Below, piece after piece: positions 23,248-33,330 of a DNA stretch of 64,000 bases (its first letter is position 1; the number at the start of each line of letters is the position of its first letter). The notes below the pieces were generated by a model that was not told the DNA's origin, did not search any database, and was given only the letters and a program-made list of their open reading frames with translations. The translations under genes were made by a program, and so were the position numbers. Source of the DNA: Macrostomum hystrix (Eukaryota > Animalia > Platyhelminthes); the NCBI GenBank assembly GCA_950097015.1, contig CATNEN010000034.1:3534001-3598000 (forward strand), given 5' to 3'.

Positions 23248-24099
23248 CTCTTGCTATATTATGCTATTATGTTATGTTATGTTAAATATTATGCTATATA
23301 TTTGTGTATAATAGCCAGTTCTGAAATGTAAAACAAATTGTCTCTAAAATGCAAAACCTTATGCTTCATGATTCCAGATTATATTATTGAAAAGGAATAA
23401 AAGTTTAAAATAATGTGATTTTGTTTTTAATCTGGCTATAGCTGGTTTGATTCTTATACGTATGTGATTGTTGGGTTTTTATTAGAATCTTATTTCATGG
23501 CTTGCTTGTCTATCCAAACTCTATGCTATGTCAGCTTTAAATTTAAACAAACATTACTAATTGTTCAACATATTTTTATAAGCTAAAAATGATTTTTTTC
23601 AACTAGCTTTTGTATTTTAGCTAGAAAAGAACATTACATGACTACAATATACATTACATTTTAGCAATTAGGCTACCATTTTAATTAACATAGGCAAATC
23701 TATTTCTGTCCCATTTGTAGCACTACTTTTATCTAGATATAGCCTGGACACAATGTGTATAAAAATTACATAATTCAGCTTTAAATCAGTCTAAATCTAT
23801 GTAAAATAATAACAAAAAAATTTCACCTTTGGTAAATAATTTTTAATATATATTTCCATTTCAAACATGATTTCACATTTAGAACTGCTATAATGCTAGT
23901 TTTAGATTTGGATAGTATTTAATCATTTTAAAGAAATTTTCTTAAAAAAAGCTTCAATTGTGGCAAAACTGCATCTTTTACTTACTCTCTGCTTCATAGT
24001 TCTAATTATACAACTAAGGATTCACTAATTATTTCATTATTCTCGCCGATTCTCTCATATTTTTACTAAGCCTCACAATAGCTGTTGTTTGTTAGCCTC

Positions 24100-24200
24100 A
24101 TCTCCATTGGTGGCGCCCTCTCGCCGCGCATTGTGACACAATTATTTCCATTGGTCCTTGGTTGTCCAGCCCCCCCCGCCACAATTGGCCCAGTCTATGG
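24100..24200 (+). promoter_or_regulatory. Candidate promoter of the downstream multi-exon gene
   Basis: GC-rich island with several CCAAT/ATTGG boxes and a ccccgcc GC-box; followed by a gtaagt donor at 24253 (probable UTR exon). Confidence 0.35.
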
Positions 24201-24302
24201 CTGAGGAGCTCTACGCGTGGGAAAAATAACTACTCAAAAAGGGAGATAAAATGTAAGTTGAAAAGCTTTTGAGCTGCGAGTTGTTTAATCTCGATCATAA
24301 AA

Positions 24303-24428
24303 ATGCTGTTCGATCCAAGCAAGTTCTTTCTAAATAGTTGTGGCAGATTGCTTCCTCCTGCTCTGTCCCTGCCTCCGCCACCGCCTCATTTAATGGCACT
24401 CGGATTGCGTCATTTTCAAGCTTTATTG
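24303..24428 (+). CDS. Putative first coding exon of an uncharacterised low-complexity protein; model join(24303..24428,29221..29389,37041..37535,37920..38176,38268..39110), ~629 aa
   Basis: ATG 24303, MLFDPSKFF...PPPPPHL...FQALL, donor TTG|gtaagc, phase 0 matches 29221. Confidence 0.45.
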
Positions 24429-24837
24429 GTAAGCTTATGCTGCCATCAATAATACCTTTTAGTTGACTATATAAGCTCGTATATTCTTCTATCCACTTTA
24501 TACTGTGCACTTTGATTGACACGCACTGGTATCTAGTGCAAACAAACCATCCCAATATCCCCCGGGTCTTCTGCTTGGCCAATAATATATTTCAAAATGA
24601 GTCACACGCTTCCCTTGGGAATAATCTTCCCAAGATAGTTAGATAAGTAGAAATGAACCTAACCAAATTGTGCCAGATGTACAGCTCGTTGCACAGTCGT
24701 GCTATTACGCTGTGTACAGCTGTTCAGTCCATGGACTTCAGGGGCGCCACACGTACACGAATTTATATTTCGGGTAGCTAAAGCTAAAGGCTAAAGGCTT
24801 TTAACCATTTCTCAATTAGTAGTTGGGTGAACTAGCG

Positions 24838-24925
24838 GTTTTAGCCTAGTGTTTAGAGCGACTTCTCGACTTCACTGGAGCAATTTGTATCCTATCAGCA
24901 TTGCTTCAGTTTGCTGAGCTATTAA
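24838..24925 (+). mobile_element. SINE family 2, 5' part, interrupted by piggyBac (continues at 27701-27810)
   Basis: tagcctagtgtttagagcg...gcattgcttcagtt...ctaTTAA; resumes as TTAAatgggtatt..cagtccatggactga after the transposon. Confidence 0.7.
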
Positions 24926-27700
24926 AACCTCTTCAAACCTAAGCTCTAACGCCTACACAGTCAGTTCTGCCGGATGGCCAGCAGGACTGGCCATAGACTA
25001 TTTTTGCTCGCTTCTTCACTCTCTTAACCTCCGGTAAACAAAAATAAGCCCAGACCTTCCCTATTTTCAGTCTCTTTTTCTCTCCAAAAAATGGCTTTAG
25101 CCCCCAGACGCTCTTTAAGAGTTGCGGCCTTAGAAGCCAGACGCGCTCTAGGCTTGCACAGTGATTCAGAAAGCAGCTCAGACGGCGAAACGGAATCTGA
25201 CAATTCTGAATTTGAAGAAGGAACTGGAGATGAAGGAATGGACGAAACACAGCAGACTCCAGAGGTTCAAGCAACGCCATGGCAAATCGTAAATGAACAT
25301 ACTGATGCGATTCATGTCCAACAGCGAGAGTTTTTGGGCACCCCGGGAATCAACCCTGGCTTGAATCCGTCGGACAACATCGAAGACAACTTAAATCTTT
25401 TTTTAACACCAGAGTTGTTTGAGCATCTGGCCCACTGGACCAACAACCGAGCTCAGCGAGCTAGACAAGAATTTGAATCTCATCAGGACGCTGAAGATCC
25501 ACTCCCAGCTAAATTGAGCGCGTGGTACGACTGCACGGCAAACGAGATAATGAAGTATGTTGGCATGGTGCTCTACATGGGGCTTAACAGAAGGGTGGAA
25601 TTACGGCAGTACTGGTTTATTGATGCGTTCTACGCTACTCCGTACTTTCAACTACCCTGTTGTCTGTCGCGGGATCGCTTTGCAAACATCTCATCGTTTC
25701 TGCGATTTTACGACTGCCAATCAGAGGACGAGGAAGACGTCCTGGGGAAAATCCGACCGTTTATGAACATCCTGCAGGGCTGCTTCAAGAGTGTCTATAT
25801 GCCAGAGAGAGAAGTCGCTGTTGATGAAACCCTGGTGCACTTCAGGGGACGATTCAAGTGCAAGCAGTACATACCAACCAAGCGAGCCCGCTATGGTATC
25901 AAGATGTACTGCTTGTGTGAGTCGTCAACAGGCTACCTCAGCAATTTCGAGGTTCACTCCACGTTGGAAGCGAATCAGCAAGTAGGGGTGGAGCTTAATG
26001 ACGGAACACTAACCTTTGGCGGAAGGGTTGTTGCCGAGCTCTGCCGAGAGATCTTGGGCCTGGGATACCATGTTTACTGCGACAGCTACTTCGGCTCCTT
26101 GTCCCTAGCAGAGTTCCTGGACACCAGAGGCACCCTGCTGACTGCAACAGTTAGGGCCGATCGCGGAATTCCAGCAGAGCTCAGGGACTTAAGGCTTACT
26201 GCGCCGGGCACTGCCTTCATGCGCAACGAATCCATACTCGCCGTAAAAATCACGGATAGGAAAGCCAGCGGAGTTAAGCAGCTCTACATGCTGGACTCAG
26301 CGAATGTCGCCGCAGAACATGAAGTAACACGGGTTGGACATGGTGGGCGCCAGGAACGAGTGCGGAAATCACGGTCTGTGCTGGACTACAACAAGCATAT
26401 GGGTGGCGTGGACCGCCTAGATGCAACCGTGCAACCCTATAGACCTGATCGAAAGACCTTCCGCTGGTTCGTGCGCCTCGGTGTCCACATGATGTTGGTA
26501 TCATGCAGGAATGCTTGGGTAGTGTACACGCGCTGTGGAGGAAAAAAGGTTTTCGGGCAGTTTCTGGACTCAGCAGTGCGACACATGATCGAATCGACCG
26601 GTCCCGGTCGTAAGAGGAAGCTTCACCTGGGTCCTGTGAGAGTCGGAACCGGGCACCTGCCAAGAAAGTTGCCGCCAACGGACAAGCAAGCTCACCCGAC
26701 AAAGCGATGCCGAGTGTGCTTCAAAGGTCAGTCTGCCAGGAAAACAGTTTTCTGCTGCCCTGAATGCGTCGGCCAGCCTGGGTTGTGTCTTGAAGGCTGT
26801 TTTGAACGTTGGCATGCGGCGGCTGAGATGTAAGGATAAACAATTTTTTCTATGTTAAATACTTTCAAATCTGGAAAAGCGTACAGTCTAGGGCACACGT
26901 TTTTAGTAAACTTTTTTATATTTTGCGCATGCACACATGTAAAACCTGTTTAAAATGAAAAAAACTGCAGCAACGTTACCGCTTCATGTGTTTTTGTTCA
27001 GTTGTTTGTATATTGTTAAATGCGCGTCAAATTTTGAAATTTCTCCCACTAGAAGATGATCTCGTTTTGATTTGATCTATTTTGATTCGCCTAGACAACT
27101 GATTGTTCACAGTAGAATTTTAGACCATTTTATTACGTCTTAAAAGCTATAGTCGTATCATCTAGCATATTTATATTTTTGGAATTAAAATATGATTGTG
27201 ATGAGTCTTTATCTGTAAATAGCTCGTGCATTTACTGGTAATAGCTGCGTAATGTCTCGAAATATATGGAGAAAAAAACTTTTCTTGTACATGTGTCTCC
27301 TTAATACAGAATTTTAACCATCACGTTCTACATGTACACACGTATTAGGTATTTTAATTTTTCCGCTGCAAAACTATTCCAATATGTTTTTTGCTCGTAA
27401 TATATGCCCAAAATCAACAGTTTTGTTGGAGGTTGTCTGAAAAGATCATCATATTTTATACACCCGTATTAGCACTTGTTGATTTACATGTAATAAACGG
27501 TATACCACTGTTAAATATCTTTTGTCTGAAAGGTTACGCCAAGAAATGCAAAGCTATTTTCGATTTTGTTTCATGGCCAGCTGGGCTGGCCATTCCGGCA
27601 GTTGGGACCGTGTAGCTTTTCAACATGAAACTCCCATAGACTATGGGCAGTTTGCTTAGTGAGCCATGGCCAGCAGGGATGGCCATCCGGGTTTTCGGGG
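24926..27700 (+). mobile_element. piggyBac DNA transposon, ~2.8 kb
   Basis: TTAA at 24922-24925 and 27701-27704; right end ...ttttcgggg|TTAA; subterminal inverted motif 24953-24994 versus 27573-27615; transposase ORF inside. Confidence 0.85.
25091..26833 (+). CDS. piggyBac transposase (PGBD4-like), 580 aa, uninterrupted
   Basis: AVDET, YCDSYF, YNKHMGGVDRLD (DDD triad); KQYIPTKRARYGIK; C-terminal CRVC..CPEC..LC..CF..WH Cys-rich domain. Confidence 0.96.
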   Translation: MALAPRRSLRVAALEARRALGLHSDSESSSDGETESDNSEFEEGTGDEGMDETQQTPEVQATPWQIVNEHTDAIHVQQREFLGTPGINPGLNPSDNIEDNLNLFLTPELFEHLAHWTNNRAQRARQEFESHQDAEDPLPAKLSAWYDCTANEIMKYVGMVLYMGLNRRVELRQYWFIDAFYATPYFQLPCCLSRDRFANISSFLRFYDCQSEDEEDVLGKIRPFMNILQGCFKSVYMPEREVAVDETLVHFRGRFKCKQYIPTKRARYGIKMYCLCESSTGYLSNFEVHSTLEANQQVGVELNDGTLTFGGRVVAELCREILGLGYHVYCDSYFGSLSLAEFLDTRGTLLTATVRADRGIPAELRDLRLTAPGTAFMRNESILAVKITDRKASGVKQLYMLDSANVAAEHEVTRVGHGGRQERVRKSRSVLDYNKHMGGVDRLDATVQPYRPDRKTFRWFVRLGVHMMLVSCRNAWVVYTRCGGKKVFGQFLDSAVRHMIESTGPGRKRKLHLGPVRVGTGHLPRKLPPTDKQAHPTKRCRVCFKGQSARKTVFCCPECVGQPGLCLEGCFERWHAAAEM

Positions 27701-27810
27701 TTAAATGGGTATTATCAGCATTAGCTGAGGTAATTGAGGGTGGGTCTGGCCCCATTCCACCCCAGTCCATGGACTGAATTGCCGTACGCAGGCTTCAGAT
27801 TCGCCAAAGC
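27701..27810 (+). mobile_element. SINE family 2, 3' part after the piggyBac insertion
   Basis: aaatgggtattatcagc..gagggtgggt..cagtccatggactgaattgccgtacgcaggcttcaga. Confidence 0.7.
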
Positions 27811-28784
27811 ATAATAAGTGTAATTAACTATTTTTTTGCGCGCTTAATTAGGTGCGAGACTCCAACAACCTAAAAGTTTTCAAAATACACCAAATTCTGA
27901 AGCTTTTCGATTCAACGATTCAAACGCTTAACAAAATTGATACTTTTGTGAGTCTGAAATGCAAAGTCTGGACGTGTGAACTTTGCGCCAATCGGGGCTG
28001 GGGGGCAGGTCGCACCCTCTACGGTGCAATATTACATTGGTATCGCATTGTAGCAACCCGTTTGCACACCGCAGAACACGCAGCATTGGATGCTTTCCTA
28101 GGCTGGCTAAACCTCTCCATGGATTATAGCGAGCCGCTTATTTAATATTATGCTTTCAATTGGGTCGCCGCACTTTCCCTCTGCCTGCCCCCCATCCTCT
28201 CCTACCACCCCCTTGTTTCTGCTATTCCTTCTGTCTGTCCTCCGTGTCTCCCCCCTCCGAGCAAGCCTCTATTACAACCGTAAGTTCGCTTTTAGTTAGT
28301 TAACACAGATCGGACTTTTTACTAGTCTTTCTCTCTCTCTCTCTTGGCATCGTTTTCTTTTCCTGCTTTCGGTATTAAAGAATCGGATCGCTTATGATAA
28401 ATAAGAAACCAAAGACTAGAAGATATTTGTTGACTTTGCCTCTAACTTAATTTTTCGCGGAATTTTTCAATCGTAAAATCCAATCGAAGCTATTATGATC
28501 TGCGCAGCTCTGGACTTTAGCTACGAGGTAAAGAGTGGGCGTAATAAAATAACAGAGTATCAAGATGGCCATGACGTCTTCTGTGGCCCTATTTGTATCT
28601 TTTAAACTGCCTTTTAGTGCTAAAGAAATTGGTGTCTACTGCAGAACCCAATAGAATTAAACCTGAGATAGAATAGAATTAGATTTTATTAAGGATCTTT
28701 AGATCTTAAAATCATAGGATGCATTAAAAATCATATTAATCCTATCGTATTATCCTCGGAAAATAGTACGCTCCCTAACATAAA

Positions 28785-29125
28785 TAATGATTGCAGGAGG
28801 GCTGCGGGCAATAGCACAGCATTTGGTGTCTTGGTGACACTAGACCCGCAGCCAGCGAGGAGGCAATTCTGCCCGTTTCGCTGACTCCTGAGCACACACG
28901 CACACAGATACTGTACGCAGGCGCACACTCACACAGGTGTGTACATCTGCCCTGACTTTCTCATCATCAGTCAGTGTACACTCTCACTGTGCCTCTAGAG
29001 CGTGAATTGCACGACAAGCCTCCAAGCATTCTCTCCGCGGCTGCGCCCCAAATGAATGTGGCCTCGCCGCGGAATCGAACTCAGTGACCTTAGTGCGAGA
29101 GGCGATCGCTCTGCCACTCACCCCC
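28785..29125 (-). mobile_element. SINE family 1, full-length copy
   Basis: Minus strand begins gggggtgagTGGCAGAGCGAtcgcctctcgcactaaggtcactgaGTTCGATTCC (A and B boxes) and ends gcagccctcctgcaatcatt. Confidence 0.88.
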
Positions 29126-29220
29126 TCCCGACCTTGATTTGAGTCCTGTGCTCAAATCGAGCCAGCCGAAAGCATCAGTTAGCGGAATTAAGCATTGCTG
29201 CGGTCTCCAACTCATTCCAG

Positions 29221-29346
29221 ATGGGCGCCTCCTACACGCAGCAGCAGCCGCCGCCAGATCTGCTGGCTTCGTCTGCGGCTGCTTCAGCGCCCGCTCCGTC
29301 GGCGGCTTCTGTTGCGTCATCAGCTGGCGGGTCGCATCATCATCAG

Positions 29347-29381
<35 letters not shown>

Positions 29382-29389
29382 GTTGCGCC
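29221..29389 (+). CDS. Exon of the uncharacterised protein (poly-Ala/His/Gln); frame stays open to an alternative donor at 29581
   Basis: attccag acceptor; MGASYTQQQPPP...HHHQHQQQQ; donor C|gtaagg at 29390, phase 1, compatible with 37041. Confidence 0.65.
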
Positions 29390-29865
29390 GTAAGGCTTCC
29401 TGTCCCAAGCTAGGCGAGAACATAGTCATGCTGCTCTGTTTGAGTCGGGTCAGACGCATGGGCGGGCGCTGGTACCGGGCCGTGTCTCACATGCGCACCG
29501 GCAAGCGGAAGAAAGAAAAAAAGCGGCCCTACAGACCGGCTGATTATGACAGAATGCGCGAGGCTTCTGAAGCAGCGATGGTGAGCGAGTCTAGGCCAAT
29601 GTTGTGCAAATATTTGCAATAGCAGAGTGATTAGAGCTTTGGATACCTCCCTCACCAGCAGCTGGGATTAAATCGGCTCTCCGGTGTCCCCGAGGTACCA
29701 GGAAAGCAGCGGGATGCTCTCGGGCATAAAAACGGCAAAGAGCGTTGAGTTTGGTCCTATTTCTTCTAAGCGAACTCTCATAACGACTGGGCAAGTGGCA
29801 GATAAAGCGTTCCGTATTTTCCTTTGCGGACTGGCTAAACGGACACAGCTCCCCTGGTACCCGGC

Positions 29866-30210
29866 ATTCGCCTCTCGCACCAAGGTCCCTGAGCTCGATT
29901 TCGCAGCGAGGCCACATTTATTTGAGGTGCAGCCGCAGGTAGAAGGCTTGGGGGCTTGTCGTCCAATTTGCGCCCTTTAGGGGCCAACCCATAAGGCACA
30001 GTGGAGTGTACACTGCCTGGAGATTAGAAAGTCAGGGTAGATACAGTACACACCTGTGTATGTGTGTGCCTGCGTACGTTATATGTGAGCGTGTGTGCTC
30101 AGGAGTTAGAGAAATAGGCAGAATTGCCTCCTCGCTGGCTGCGGGTCTAGTGTCACCAAGTAATGCACCACTGCCCCCAGCCCTCCTGCAATTAATACAA
30201 TATAAAAAAT
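29866..30210 (+). mobile_element. SINE family 1, near full-length copy inverted relative to 28785-29125
   Basis: cgcctctcgcaccaaggtccctgagctcgatttc...cagaattgcctcctcgctggctgcgggtctagtgtcaccaag...agccctcctgcaatt, then an A-rich tail. Confidence 0.85.
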
Positions 30211-30492
30211 AATAGAAAGGCCTATCACGTCCCTGCGATTGAGCTTGAGAAGGGCTTTACACAGGCTGTGCGAGGGAGAGAGGCCGCGGCCCAGGACTGG
30301 CGACAGTGTTGGTCCAGGCCGAGTGGTTTAATAGTTTAAATCTTAAGCGAGTCACCTGAATTTCCCCAGTGCTTCAGTTTAACCAGCTTGGCAAAAATAA
30401 ATGCCAGCCTTTAGCTGGGGAAAAGAAGTCTGTCTTTTGTTAATAAATTCTCCGCATTTAATTCTAAAAACTATGCTCAAACTGGTCAGGAC

Positions 30493-31047
30493 ATGTCTGA
30501 GATGGAGCTAGCGGAGATTGTTGCCAACCTGCTGAAGAAGGTGTTCAAAGAGATTCAAGACGACTGTCGCGAGGCGTTTGTGCGGGCCTGGCTGAGAGAC
30601 GACGACGCCCGCTGCGTGCTGACGGTGCCAGACGGTAAAGGCAAGATGAAACGCATCGACGGACTGCGCGGCTCAGACAAGGTCTGGCGATTGGACACTC
30701 TGGTTGCCATGCTGTATCACGGTGTACCAATGGACAGCACGGATACCGGCCTGCTGGTGCACCGATGCGAGGATGAATTATGCGTTAATCCGCGCCACCT
30801 CAGCTTCCAATGCGGCCCGGCTATGATGTCCGTTGCTATGGAGATGCTGCGCGTTGCCGGCTACGATGTGACGCCTAGGGTGGCACCGGCGGCGGTGCCG
30901 GACCCTTCTGGCAACAGCCGGTACTTTCAGTTCACCTCGCCATTTCCTGTGGATGTTATACGGCGCGAGATGAGCGGTGAGAACATTGTAATGGACCTTT
31001 TGCCTTTATTCTCTATGCTCCATAGGACAGTGCTAATCCATTCCTAA
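30493..31047 (+). CDS. His-Me finger (HNH_3 / His-Cys box zinc-binding loop) domain protein, 184 aa, probably nuclease-deficient
   Basis: GC-rich intronless ORF; RCVL...VAMLYHG...VHRCEDELCVNPRHL matches HxCxxxxCxNPxHL; no Asn at the expected metal-binding position after the motif. Confidence 0.75.
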   Translation: MSEMELAEIVANLLKKVFKEIQDDCREAFVRAWLRDDDARCVLTVPDGKGKMKRIDGLRGSDKVWRLDTLVAMLYHGVPMDSTDTGLLVHRCEDELCVNPRHLSFQCGPAMMSVAMEMLRVAGYDVTPRVAPAAVPDPSGNSRYFQFTSPFPVDVIRREMSGENIVMDLLPLFSMLHRTVLIHS

Positions 31048-33330
31048 TCCTTCAGAAGCTACCGCTGATCCATTCCCAATCCTTCAGAAGCTACCGCTGA
31101 TCCATTCCTAATCCTTCAGAAGCTACCGCTGATCCATTCCTAATCCTTCAGAAGCTACCGCTGATCCATTCCCAATCCTTCAGAAGCTACCGCTGATCCA
31201 TTCCCAATCCTTCAGAAGCTACCGCTGATCCATTCCCAATCCTTCAGAAGCTACCGCTGATCCATTCCTAATCCTTCAGAGGCTACCGCTGATCCATTCC
31301 TAATCCTTCAGAGGCTACCGCTGATCCATTCCCAATCCTTCAGAAGCTACCGCTGATCCATTCCCAATCCTTCAGAAGCTACCGCTGATCCATTCCTAAT
31401 CCTTCAGAGGCTACCGCTGATCCATTCCCAATCCTTCAGAAGCTACCGCTGATCCATTCCCAATCCTTCAGAAGCTACCGCTGATCCATTCCCAATCCTT
31501 CAGAAGCTACCGCTGATCCATTCCCAATCCTTCAGAGGCTACCGCTGATCCATTCCTAATCCTTCAGAAGCTACCGCTGATCCATTCCCAATCCTTCAGA
31601 AGCTACCGCTGATCCATTCCTAATCCTTCAGAGGCTACCGCTGATCCATTCCCAATCCTTCAGAAGCTACCGCTGATCCATTCCCAATCCTTCAGAAGCT
31701 ACCGCTGATCCATTCCCAATCCTTCAGAAGCTACCGCTGATCCATTCCCAATCCTTCAGAGGCTACCGCTGATCCATTCCCAATCCTTCAGAAGCTACCG
31801 CTGATCCATTCCCAATCCTTCAGAAGCTACCGCTGATCCATTCCCAATCCTTCAGAAGCTACCGCTGATCCATTCCTAATCCTTCAGAGGCTACCGCTAA
31901 TGCATTCCCAATCCTTCAGAAGCTACCGCTGATCCATTCCCAATCCTTCAGAAGCTACCGCTGATCCATTCCCAATCCTTCAGAAGCTACCGCTGATCCA
32001 TTCCCAATCCTTCAGAAGCTACCTCTGATCCATTCCTAATCCTTCAGAGGCTACCGCTGATCCATTCCCAATCCTTCAGAAGCTACCGCTGATCCATTCC
32101 CAATCCTTCAGAAGCTACCGCTGATCCATTCCCAATCCTTCAGAAGCTACCGCTGATCCATTCCCAATCCTTCAGAAGCTACCGCTGATCCATTCCCAAT
32201 CCTTCAGAAGCTACCGCTGATCCATTCCTAATCCTTCAGAGGCTACCGCTGATCCATTCCTAATCCTTCAGAGGCTACCGCTGATCCATTCCTAATCCTT
32301 CAGAAGCTACCGCTGATCCATTCCCAATCCTTCAGAAGCTACCGCTGATCCATTCCCAATCCTTCATAGGTCGCCGCTAATTCATCCCTAATCCTTATCC
32401 TTCATAGGCCACCGCTAATCCATCCCTAATCCTTATCCTTCATAGGCCACCGCTAATCCATCCCTAATCCTTATCCTTCAGAGGCCACCGCTAATCCATT
32501 CCTAATCCTTCATAGGCCACCGCTAATCCATTCCTAATCCTTCAGATGCCGCCGCTAATCCATCCTTAATCCTTACCCTTCAGAGGCCACCGCTAATCCA
32601 TTCCTAATCCTTCAGAGGCCGCCGCTAATCCATCCTTAATCCTTACCCTTCAGAGGCCACCGCTAATCCATTCCTAATCCTTCAGAGCCGCCGCTAATCC
32701 ATCCTTAATCCTTACCCTTCAGAGGCCACCGCTAATCCATTCCTAATCCTTCAGAGGCCGCCGCTAATCCATCCTTAATCCTTACCCTTCAGAGGCCACC
32801 GCTAATCCATTCCTAATCCTTCATAGGCCACCGCTAATCCATTCCTAATCCTTCATAGGCCACCGCTAATCCATTCCCAATCCTTCAGAAGCTACCGCTG
32901 ATCCATTCCCAATCCTTCAGAGGCCGCCGCTAATCCATCCCTAATCCTTATCCTTCATAGGCCACCGCTAATCCATCCCTAATCCTTATCCTTCAGAGGC
33001 CACCGCTAATCCATTCCTAATCCTTCATAGGCCACCGCTAATCCATTCCCAATCCTTCAGAAGCTACCGCTGATCCATTCCCAATCCTTCAGAGGCCGCC
33101 GCTAATCCATCCCTAATCCTTATCCTTCATAGGCCACCGCTAATCCATCCCTAATCCTTATCCTTCAGAGGCCACCGCTAATCCATTCCTAATCCTTCAT
33201 AGGCCACCGCTAATCCATTCCTAATCCTTCAGAGGCCGCCGCTAATCCATTCCTAATCCTTCAGAGCCGCCGCTAATCCATCCTTAATCCTTACCCTTCA
33301 GAGGCCACCGCTAATCCATTCATAATCCCG
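31028..33330. repeat. 32-bp tandem array (gatccattcccaatccttcagaagctaccgct), grading into 32/38-bp variants distally
   Basis: About 42 homogeneous units to ~32370, then mixed 32/38-bp units; no spacers. Confidence 0.97.

Noticed and set aside
24295-24582. 95-aa minus-strand ORF
   Set aside because: Antisense to the plus-strand exon 24303-24428, which has ATG, donor and phase support; no motif recognised
29412-29432. GENIVM peptide shared between the 29221 frame and the HNH ORF C-terminus
   Set aside because: Only six residues with divergent codons and flanks; cannot be distinguished from chance
31028-33330. CRISPR-like array (32-bp repeats with polarity next to a nuclease-like gene)
   Set aside because: Units are head-to-tail with no unique spacers, there are no cas genes, and the context is eukaryotic
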